Assembly (NCBI GenBank): GCA_028023455.1
Contig: JAQFVV010000008.1
Location: 124,001-188,000, forward strand
Direction: 5' to 3'
DNA from: Epiperipatus broadwayi
Taxonomy: Eukaryota > Animalia > Onychophora
Length of the DNA stretch: 64,000 nucleotides
The notes below the pieces were generated by a model. That model was not told where the DNA came from. It saw only the letters and a program-made list of their open reading frames with translations, and searched no databases. Below, in pieces: positions 53,466 to 64,000 of this stretch. The position numbers and the translations under genes were made by a program. Numbering within the stretch: position 1 is the stretch's first letter; each line of letters starts with the position of its first letter.

Positions 53466-53849
53466 GAGGGCTTCCTGACAGATATTTTAAGTGCTGGCTC
53501 TGGCTAAGCATTTATCATAAAGCTTGTAGAGGAATTGGCAATCTTCATTGTTTATTAATATTTCTATTTTGTAGTTTATAATTGAATTATAACAATTATC
53601 CTCTATATTCTTGTTACATTTTACCATAATATGTTTAAATTAATTCTGCATCAAAATAAAGAATTTTTTTAGGTATATTTTTGAGATATAAGTTATGTTG
53701 TCACTGACTATCAGAACCTGATCATCATTCCCCATAGTTGGGTCACCAATTGTAGTGCTATGGAGAAATACAGGGTCATCCCTGGAGCAATGGTTACCAG
53801 TATGTGAACATCAACTGCCCAAGTTGGGTATGCATTTCTAACTCTATAG

Positions 53850-54400
53850 AACATTGGGGTTTAAACAATGAGGGATCAGATGAATTGTATATTTATTCTC
53901 ACTGTTAAAAAAATATATTTAATCTCAAAAGGGATGAGCATAATAGATCACTCTGAGAGATCATATAGCTAACTATAATTTCACCAGTATTCCCCAAAAG
54001 TAGTAATCATTCATCATCATGAGTGATCTATCAAAATAAATCAACAGTCAATCTGGAGACTGCATTTGAAATGGGTCTCTTGTAGACCAGGCTAACTATT
54101 GAGCTTTTGCCATCTTGGGCATTTATTTAAATCATAGTTTGGTTGCAAAAACTTAAGTACTAATCCATAAGAATATGATCAAAAAATAATGCTAGGATAT
54201 TAAAACATGCTGATCGATATTAAAACATGCTGATCATCATCAATGCTCTGGCCACTGTACTGGCCAAATATAAACAATTTCTAGTAGAGATCAAACTAAA
54301 TAAAATGTAGTGCATGGACTTTAAAGAATATTCTCTTCATGCCAATCCAAGAATCATCATTATCTGGATGCCCATACATTAAATATAAACACCCTATTCC
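53850..54400 (+). pseudogene. Possible decayed LINE C-terminal (post-RT or RNase H) remnant with an exact 20-bp tandem duplication
   Basis: Fragments WGLNNE..LYI and IIWMPIH. gatattaaaacatgctgatc is duplicated at 54196-54235. Confidence 0.3.
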
Positions 54401-55464
54401 ATATGACTTATGCACAAATCTAGCTCAGGAAGCAAGAACTATAATTTATTACTATGAGCAAGAGGGAGATAAGTAAATAAAAGCTTATTATAAATCTTAA
54501 ACAATTCATGGGCTTCCCTTACTTCTAAATAACTAGTTTTATTGGGTTCATCAAGAAAAAAACTAAATCCTAGAATATAAGCTGTGATGATATTAGGTGG
54601 CACACATACTACCCTTTGTTAAACAGGAATTTTATAGAATAAAGTAATTAAGACTGAAAAGAATATTTTAAAAAAACAATTATGTAATATCTAATTAATA
54701 ACAACAAAAACAAAGATGACATGATAGTATGACATTTCAAACACTCATTTCAATATATATATATACATTCACAAAAATTATATTAAGCAACCAATTAATT
54801 TTTATTCATGAATTGATTTTAAATTCATTAGGTTCTTTCTTTAAAAATAACTAAGAGTTTGTTAAACAATTTCAAAAATCAAAGATAACTATTTTATTCT
54901 ACCCAGAGGGCTAATTGAGAGAAAAATACATTGCTTTATGAAACAAAAACAGATATCCTATTAATAAAAATATAGTATGCACACATAAAAAATATCTATA
55001 GCTCTGGCTTTAGTATTCATGGAATCTTCCATTAGCAATTTCTTGTTTTTTTTTATAATTGAGCTCCTTGAAGGATTCTTAACAAGGTCCTGATTAAATT
55101 TGTTATTTCCTAGGTCTATAGCAATTCCAGGTTAATAAAAAAAGCACATTTTGTCCATTTGGTTCTCTTAAAGTTCCAGGTGAGACAGATATAGATAGAG
55201 ACTCTTGTTCTTGGTTGAAGGCAAAGTTGCAGACTACTTAAAGGGATCTTACAACCCCTACATTTTCTTCCACTGAAAGTAGGTTATATGGAGGAATGTG
55301 ATGTGTATCTTTTTGCTGAATTTAGTGCATGGTTTTTATTGTACAAACCATTTTTAGTGCTAAACTCGTAGTATGCTAAAAGCTGGATAAAAAAACTGCT
55401 ATTATATTCAATAGCTTGGTTAAGATTCCTGCTGGTATTATGTCACAGCTTGGTAAATGCTTCT

Positions 55465-55720
55465 TTCTTTTCAGCAGCTACAGTAAAACTTCATTGCTTT
55501 ATTTTCAACAGCTAAGTTAGGAATACTTTTTTCTATCTTTTTCAGCAGCAGAATTAAGATTTGACTGCTCTCTTTAACAGTTAAGTTAGCAAATTTTTAT
55601 ATTTTTTCCAACCACGGGATTAAGATTGGACTGCTCTCTTCAACAGTTAAGTTAACAATAAATCTATATTTTTTTAGCCACAAGATTGCTCTCTTCAACA
55701 ATTAAGTTAGCAATAACCTC
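55465..55720. repeat. Degenerate tandem array, 4 units of 55-69 bp
   Basis: The core ctgctctctt(c/t)aaca(g/a)ttaagtta(g/a)caa recurs, with aaca anchors at 55507, 55576, 55642 and 55697. Confidence 0.85.
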
Positions 55721-56909
55721 TCCAAACACTTGGGTATTAGCCTTATTCACACCCCACATATATTTTTTAGAACAATCTTACCCATAAGCCAATTACAACC
55801 TATCTTTTATATAATAATTTTCATGACAACCAATTAGATAAAATTTTATAACTAAAATTATTCAGTTAATTATCTCCTTAATCGTAAATTAAAAACAAGC
55901 CAAGAACTTAAATTTAACAATATAAAATTCTTGACATTTCTTTATAATTAAAAACCAAATCTTCTTGCAAAAAAAAAGCAATAACAACAAGATAATCAGT
56001 TAATTGTGCTGATTTGATTTTTATTTTTTATTAAAGAGAGATAAAGAAAGAAAAAATTCTGATTAATTAAAAATAAAATTTACAAATCCTTTTTAAAAAA
56101 AAAACAAAACTCTTAAATATATGTAATGTTTGAAAAATTTTATATTATCATATGGGGATTTTACAAACATTGAATTAAATAATGACCCTTTAAAAAAAAT
56201 CAGTCTAAGAAAATTTAAACACCCCCCCCCCCCATTAATAAAACATTTTTTTTTTATTTTCAAACCCGAGGAACATGCTGCCAAATATCTATTTGTTTTC
56301 TAATGCAGCTATGTAACCACGTAATTTCAATATAAAGCACTTTGCAGGTATGGTATAAACTTGTACAATTTTTATATATAAAAGGTAAAATGTTTTCTTA
56401 AATGAATATGCTTCAGAACAATAGTGAAAGATTACTTACTGATATATTTTGAAAATAATTATTTATTATATGACAGTCATCAACTTGAACATGATTTATT
56501 TATAATATACATAAAAACATGTAAAAGCAATATTTATCATCTATAAATCCAAAGGAAATTAAGAATCTGAAAGCATAAAGTCTCAGAAAATATTTCTAAG
56601 TTTATATTTTTATATTATTCACATTGATGACCAAAGTAAAGAAGTTATTTATTTATTGAGATGATATTAATAAAAGTTAATTTATCCAACAAATATTTTA
56701 GTTTTGTATTATTTTTACTATTTTTTACACTTTGAATATCTAAAAGAAATTAAAACAAAATGAATTATATATCTTATTGATAAAAATAAAATGTAATTAT
56801 CAATAATGTATAATTTATAATTATTCACATAAATATTATAAGACATGTCATTTTTTTTTCTAAATCTTGTTTTTATTTTTAATATGTGTATATTATTATT
56901 ATTATTATT

Positions 56910-57470
56910 TATTTCGCTCATATTTTGTGATCATTATCAAAAACTTTTTTTTTCATTTAGAAAAAAATACTGCGAAGGACAGAATCGATCCATCTCAAAT
57001 ACCCCGAGTCTTATATAACATTTCATGCCCTCAGGCTGGATTCAGCGCCACATATTATTGGGAGACCAAGGTCACTGTCCATAATAGAGCTGCTCAGCAC
57101 ATGTATACATACAGAAGAGCAAAAAAAAAAAAAATCTCAATATTTTTTGAATATGAGAAGAAGGCTGGTCATATATTCAAACCCTCCAACCCCAAAATAG
57201 TGTGTGTTGAAGCTAATGATTGCAAAAGGAAGATAAAAGAAGCATATTTTATCATCAATGATAATGTGATCAATAGACATGACCCATGTTTCACTATCTC
57301 CAGAAAATGGACATGTTAATTTACATAAGCATTTACATACATTACCATTTATCAATATCACAACAACGATTTAAAATCTGTTTTGGCTATGAATATGAGG
57401 GACAAAACCTCCAAAGTGCTAGGCCTACATTAATTTACTTTGATTGTTTCTTACCATTAACAGCTTCTTA
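56910..57470 (+). mobile_element. Second Penelope-like element 3' fragment (GIY-YIG)
   Basis: KDRIDPSQIPRVLYNISCPQAGFSATYYWETKVTVHNRAAQH...AGHIFKPSNPKIVCVEANDCKRKIKEAYFI..NVINRHDPCFTISRKW is a degenerate GVY/YIG motif with R, E and N conserved. Confidence 0.85.
57385..57425 (+). ncRNA. Degenerate PLE-type hammerhead motif
   Basis: ggct-ATGAATA-T-GAGG-gacaaaa-CCTC-CAAA-GTGC-TA-ggcc. The stems and layout are retained, but the core has about 3 substitutions. Confidence 0.45.
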
Positions 57471-60400
57471 TATTGAAAAAAGTTATTGATAATGATCAAA
57501 AAATATAGTTGAAGTGTAGGAAATGTATCTGATAACATTTAAATAATATATTATAAGCCTTGCTTGAATTTAAACCAAGTTTTAGTGTGACAAATATTAT
57601 GAAATATGAAGAAATTATTGCAATTATTATAAAAGGTTAACAATACTGTATATTGTCAAAACTTAAATATTGTTAAAGACATAAATTGGAAAACAAGGTA
57701 TAGATGATCAATATTTCATAGCACACTTATCAATACAAAAGAATGTTTTTTATCACTGTTTTTAGGTGATTATTTAGGAATTAATTGAAATAATTAAGTA
57801 AGAGAAATTATTTTGCTTTGCTAGTGGTTTAACCACATTTATATATGAATACATTTTATGAAAGTTGACTATTCATTAAAATTCTTTAGAAATTAAATTT
57901 TAAAATATAAATCATGAAAAATTTCAATATATATAAATTAAATGCAAAACTAATTTAAAAAAAGATAATTGTGATGTTTTTCAAATAATATAAATTGCAT
58001 GATAATTGACTATTCCAATTCAGATCTTAGATCCAATTTATTATCAACATTTACACTATTTATGAATGACAACTCCCTCCCCATTTATTATGCTATGATT
58101 ATAATACTATATGGTATTTTGTATTTCAAAGCCAAACCTTTTTAGTCATTAAATGCTTTAACATTTGTTTATGCATTACTATTCAGATTATCTAAATAAT
58201 TTGGTATATTCATGCTAAGTTGGAGAGCGAAAACGTATGTAGAAATTGGGAGAAAAGTGAAAATAATTCACCAGTATTTGTTAAGCTAAAGTCGGAATCA
58301 ATCCTAGAATAATTAATTGCTACAGGAGATGGAATTGTATGTATTATGTTCTTAAATATGCTATACCTCACCATACCAAATAAAAATGCCAAAATGTTTA
58401 GATAACAGCAATCCCTTTTTTGGATTATTTTTTTCCTAGTCATGTAATTCCACAATAAGTATAAAGAAAGGACATCTAGATAATGCTTCAAATGTCTAAG
58501 GAAGAAAATCATGAGTTTGGAAAATAATTAACTTATGTGGAATATATTGCTTGCTATAGGATGTTGGGTACCAAAAAAAATCATAAAACATAAATACCAA
58601 AGAAACCAGCAATAAAGGAAATTCTAATGTACAAAACTAGTTAAGAGAGCTACATTTGATAGCTCTGCCAAAATCTTTTGAAGTATGTGAAATACAAGTT
58701 TAAACTGTAGGTGAGAATTCAAATTTTATAAAATCTAAAATAATATTTTAAAAAAGTCTTATTCGATAAATAATTTAATGTAGAATATTTTTCTAGTGAC
58801 ACTTAATATTTTATCATATTTTCTATAAATTGTACTATGAAATACATACTGATTTAACCTATGAATCAAAGTATCTCATATACATACCATATTGTTTTAT
58901 TTTAGTTTAAAATAAATACAATTTTTTTTTAACTTTTATCTTTTGTTAAATAGAATATTGAGCAAAACAACTTGAGTGTAAGCATTTTAGTAACATGTAC
59001 CTTTTGTCTCTAAATTTGATTTTAATAGATAAATACCTGCATAAATTACACTAATTTCTGTTATGAAATCTGATTATAGCTCTCACATGAATCACCAATG
59101 ACAACTAATATAGCATATTTAATAGTATATTTAGCTATTTAATTTTTTTTTTTTGTAATAGGTATCAGAACACATAGAACTTTCAGTTACTAATATTGAC
59201 ATTTTTTAAACTTGTTTTGTGGGGATCTTTAAATTGTTATTAAAGTTCTATCAAATGTAATCATTATTTTTAGAAAGTACATTTTATGTTGGGTTAGTAT
59301 AATCTGAGAGTCATGCTGTCAAATCTATTTTAGTCGAGGAGTGTGAAATTTGATCTAAAGTTGGTAGGGTACTAAAGAATGATGAAGTCACTTTAATTAA
59401 TGGTGATGGTGTCAGTATATACTAAAATAAATCTCTAAAGTTAGATTTCACCTATATAACCCTAAATTGTGTTCCCATGAAAGTGTGGAATCTGGATTTT
59501 GCTGCACCATTATTGACAGATATATAAAATAATTGTTCAATGAGAAGTGTATTTATCATCAGCTAACTCATCTTAAATAATGTACTAGCACTATAGGTAA
59601 ATTGGTGTATATTAAAAATAAAACAAGATTTAAAATTAATATATGATGATATTAGGAGAGAGAGGCGATTCTTTTTTTTTATATAATTAATTAAATATTT
59701 ATTTTTAATATAGTATTTATAAATTAGTTTATTTAAAAATTGTCACTCCTTCTTGTTTTATACAATCTTTGATTACATCTTTTTTTAAAAAACATTTCCT
59801 TAATTCTTCATATGTATTGATAGAAGGTATAATCAAGATTATAGACAATTTATATTTTCAAGTTTATTAATATCTTTGCTTTTAAAATCAACTAAATTAT
59901 AAATGCTTATTAATTCAGATGATTTAAAAAAGCAATTAAATTGTAAATAGAGAACTGCTCATGCCAAATATAAAGGAAAAGTAATAGCAGTCAATTAGCT
60001 ATTCAATTGCACATAGACGGCATTTATAATATAACACATTCCTTGGGATTTGTTTGTTAAGTACTTTCTAATGAAATATATCACTTCTACATTTGCATAG
60101 CTATATATAGTGAAAAAACAAAATAGAATTAAATATATTAAAGTAAAATATCTTTATATTATAATAATGCCTTATAAACATGAAAAATAAAAAGCAATAA
60201 ATAAATAAAATGTTTTTATCCATCATTAATTAAATATAAAAACTTCAAAAGTAAACATAATTATAAAATGCACTACAAAAATTTATTTAGATATTTTTTT
60301 ATGCATATTTCGTATTGGTGATTTTTTTTAGTAGTACATATGTAAGGCAAAATGGTTTGTATTTTTGAATATCATCCATTGGCTAAAAATGAGATACATA

Positions 60401-61619
60401 CTTCATTTTGTCCATGGGACAAAATACTGTTTAAGGTAAGCCGTTGAGAATATCTTTGAACTACTGCCATGTTATTCTGGCAAACAGTAGCATATCGTTT
60501 TATTTAATTTTAAAATATTTTTTGATTCGGAAAAATTTATGTATATGTTATTATGAATATATTTGAATTAGATCTGGTACTTCTTTTTTTTTTTTTTAAA
60601 AAAAGGGATTAAACTTTATTGGTACAAATTTTTACAAGATAAGCATTGATTTACATAGTATAATATGGAGATCTAAGATGATACACTGTATTTTTTGTCC
60701 ATAGCGTTTCCTAAACTTGATCATCCTGAGACAACTCAGAGCATTAGTCCATGAGATTATTAATTACTAAAAGTAAATCTAGGTTACAATTAGGAATTAT
60801 TTGTAAAGTCTAGAGTTCAAATATGAATAGCATTTTAAGAATACAATATTGAAAAATCGAATTTGCAGTAGATAAGATGAGGAATAGAAAAACACTTGAG
60901 ATAATATAAAATACAGGCTAAGCCAATCTACTGTTCAGTTCTCCGGAATGGCCTTGAATATCCCAAGAAGAGAGCAATTCGGTATACTTTGGAAGTCTTA
61001 TGGAGAACTAGGAAAAAAACTAAGCTTTGAAATGTCTCTGCTGAAAACCATTCTAATCCATCATGAAAAGCTACATGAACAGCAAAGGGCCAGTCTTATC
61101 AATAATCACATTGGAAATAATAATAAATAAGGTGAATCACTTGCAATTAAAAACATTAGACTAAACTGCAGCTTACTTTGCAATAACACATGGATAAAAT
61201 CATTTATAAGAATAATGTTAAAAAAATGCTTAAAAAAATAATGTTATTTCTCCTTTCCTATGAATGAGAAAATCAACGTCGGAAACGATCCACAGTGCAC
61301 TCATCCCAGCTTCCATATTCAACAGAACTAGGGCTAGTCTCCCAGTACACCTCCCGACCATCAGATTTTCTCATTCACTCAGCAAAAATAAATAAAACGA
61401 AGAATTTTCATTAAAACGCAAAATCACTGTAGTAATCATTTGAAATTTCAATGACTGCCATATAATTTGCACAGCATTTTTATAAATGTTAAAATTGTTC
61501 TTACTTGTGATAACATGTTGACATAACTTGTATATGAAAAGAGAGCTAAGAAATTACTCTTTTAAATAGGAATAGTTTTAGAAAAAATTAATTCCCTAAA
61601 CTAAGAAAAAGGAACTAAA

Positions 61620-61862
61620 ATGGGGAAACCAGTAGCAGCATTAACTGATCCTTGGCTACCTCTAGTGGACTCAAACATTGGTACTTATGTGGATTTCATT
61701 CAAAAATTGCTTTCACCAGCACTTGTAATTGAGAAAGACAATGCATCATTGTTAGAAGATGTTATAGGAGCACTTCACTCTGGGAACAATGAGTATGCAT
61801 TATTAAATGAATTTGGTATTTATGTATTAGTCCTGCTTCCCATATTTTTCTCCTGTGTGTAG
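61620..61862 (+). CDS. Unassigned protein-like ORF or candidate exon: MGKPVAALTDPWLPLVDSNIGTYVDFIQKLLSP...
   Basis: It has 80 stop-free codons, is GC-richer than its flanks and starts in an aaaATGG context. A possible acceptor lies at 61604-05 and a possible donor gtattt at 61816. No TE motif is recognised. Confidence 0.4.
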   Translation: MGKPVAALTDPWLPLVDSNIGTYVDFIQKLLSPALVIEKDNASLLEDVIGALHSGNNEYALLNEFGIYVLVLLPIFFSCV

Positions 61863-61910
61863 GGGGCGACACAGGAAGATGCCATAGTTGTGATTTTTTA
61901 ATACGGCATA

Positions 61911-62650
61911 TTAACATCTTTTTTTGCTGATTATTTTATTGGCCGAGTGAGGTAAAAATCTAAACTTTTAATTGGTCAATTCACAAACTCAAGCATCAAA
62001 ATATATTCATCTTTTAATATTATATTCATTTTAGTTTTGTTTGTAAAAAGTATACTAATAATTTGTCAGGTTATGAAAGTGGACGAAAGTTTTTTCAAAA
62101 ATAATTTTTTATTTATAATTATAAAAATATTCAATAGTGGCAAATCTAAAACGAACGTTACTCACCAACCAAAAAGTTTTGCTGATGTCAGTGATTTCTT
62201 TCCCAATTTTACGTTGTGGATAAGTAAATAGTTTTTGCTAAAATCTTGACTATTTTTCTAAAATAATTTTATTTTTAGCATATTTTATCAAAATAATTTA
62301 TAATTTGTCAAAAAATACTTTTAAAATGGTCTAAAACATTCGTTTATCATTTTCGAAATGAAACAAAAGAAATCGTAATGATGGACGTTATTGACAACCA
62401 TTTTCTTTGTTGTCAAAATTTAACAGCAATCAGATTTAAGAAAAGACCACCTTATTCTTTTGTTAGATCTGAAATATCAGTTTTATTGATTTTTTACTTG
62501 GAAAATAATTCAAGAGAGGGCAGCATCTTATGGAACTTTTTATAACCTTTCAAATGACGGCAAAATCTTTACCGTAATGTTAAAAATAACAGGATTTGAA
62601 TGATGGGAAGCAGTCATATTTTTAGCCATAACTAGCAAAAAGGCGGTTAA
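61911..62650 (+). mobile_element. Dispersed repeat copy 2; possible TTAA-flanked (piggyBac-like) non-autonomous element
   Basis: It is homologous to 51990-52690. TTAA lies at 61911-14 and 62647-50, with imperfect terminal inverted repeats (tttttgctgattat / ataactagcaaaaa). Confidence 0.5.
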
Positions 62651-64000
62651 CATTTAAAACCATATTAAAAAGTCACAACTATAGCATTCTGCCCTCGCAA
62701 ACATAGACAGCAGATCTAATACGTAAGTACCATGAATTTGCTAGGATGAATAAATATTTGATTCTGGCATCTTTTATATATGTATAAAAATGTAAAAAAT
62801 TTACAAATATGAAAATTTTATGGAAAAAAGGGAAACAATATTACCTTCATTCCTGTAACTCACACATTTCTGAGATTTGGAAAGAAAATGGTTTTACAGT
62901 GTTTTTTTTAAATGAATGGAGTGTATCAGATTTTTAAAAAACCATTAGGAGTCAGAAGATTATGAAATATTTAAATAGTTTACAAGTATTTCTCTTATTT
63001 ATGAGATTGTATTTTAAATTCTCATTCGTAGTAGCTAAAATAATGCTCTGCTATATATTCTAAAATTTAATGATCTACATTAGATACAATGAAGCAGTAA
63101 TTTTAAGTAACTGAATAATGAAATTAATTGAGATACACTTATTTGGGGTTATGTACCATCCTGAATTAAGAACATTGAACAATGGAAACCTAGATACTGA
63201 TTTATATTTATTGTGCATTTGAGATTAATTTACTCAAAGTATGAATTCTTTTTTATTTTAGATATGGTTTAGCTCAACCTATTTATCAAATAGTACTACT
63301 TCCTATAAGAGGATTAATGAAATTGAAATCAGAGGTTATATATTTGAGAGATTTTATACCTTGTTTTGCCCTATATCTAGAAATAGCTAGATATATGTAT
63401 ACTATGTCTTGCTATTTTTAATTTGTGTAACACAGGAATTGGTGAATAATGCTTTTTCATTAGACTATTTAATGGCGTTTTACCTTTTTTATATTCTTTT
63501 TTTTTTTTTTGTCTTGTGTTTAATTTTATTCAAGTTTCTAAAACATTCTATTGTAGTTAATTTAAATATAAAAATATAATTACAGTGATTTGTATCTCAT
63601 CTAATATATTGAAATAAGAATGTAGATATTATATCGTTTTTTCTATGTAATACATTTGACCCCCCCCCCATAAATTTTATAAAATTACTTATCTTGTTGT
63701 TTAATTTAAAACGTCATTACGTTTTTCTAAATATATATATATATTTGTGTCATGTAATTATATACTATAAACTTATTGATAAGTTTTGTAATTATATAAT
63801 GAAAATTTATGATAAACAAATCTGAATCATATTTTATCAACATTTTTTGAGAAAAAAAAAGATTATCACAATATAAATGTTATAATATATACATAGAAAG
63901 TTTTATTAACTATTATTTTAATAGTTTTATCAAAATTTTATTTTTATGTTTAGTTACAAATAAATATTTAAATATATATGTATATGCTCAGATATACAAA

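Larger units (their letters stand above)
52742..53566 (+). mobile_element. Non-coding hammerhead-bearing insertion (PLE pseudo-LTR or retrozyme-like): inverted copy + 412-nt unit + partial direct copy, 13-bp TSD
   Basis: The TSD attaatatttcta lies at 52742-52754 and 53554-53566. Arms 52753-52964 and 52977-53197 form a ~210-bp hairpin with a 12-nt loop. tagatctagtgtctgaacc is repeated at 52978 and 53390. Confidence 0.92.

Noticed and set aside
58210-58512. 100-aa minus-strand ORF
   Set aside because: It has no splice signals or domain motif, and at most resembles a LINE linker region.
60330-60436. Candidate exon ending at aag|gtaagc (MVCIFEYHPLAKNEIHTSFCPWDKILFK)
   Set aside because: The donor is good, but two frames are open and a competing donor (gtaagg) exists upstream. 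The phase cannot be tied to the exon chain, so it is left uncalled.
61620-61885. Antisense reading resembling a Polinton or densovirus capsid segment
   Set aside because: That frame has four stops while the plus frame is open. The resemblance is vague and no other viral genes are nearby.

Overview
This is very AT-rich, CpG-depleted eukaryotic DNA that looks like an invertebrate animal genome; I cannot name the species. There are no prokaryote-type operons, rRNA genes or CRISPR arrays, and most ORFs in the supplied track are chance frames or transposon debris. The window appears to be mainly intron sequence of an unidentified + strand gene. A chain of small, phase-compatible candidate exons lies at 13026, 36089, 37415, 39597 and 46318. 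Retroelement remnants fill the gaps: RTE-clade LINEs, a 2.9-kb L1/Tx1-type LINE with a 13-bp target-site duplication (TSD) nested inside an RTE, an I-group LINE 5' part, a Ty3/Gypsy-like gag, two Penelope-like (PLE) GIY-YIG ends each followed by a hammerhead-like motif, and a tRNA-Val-like retro-insertion. The most striking structures are two non-coding, TSD-flanked insertions at 52742-53566 and 42494-43002. Both have the layout [inverted copy]-[350-410 nt unit]-[partial direct copy]. The first carries a minimal type I hammerhead ribozyme with an intact catalytic core (53010-53040). Several other long fold-back hairpins occur, including a perfect 100-bp one at 5917-6153. All alignments and folds were done by eye. 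Boundaries of the degraded elements are approximate, and no database search was possible.
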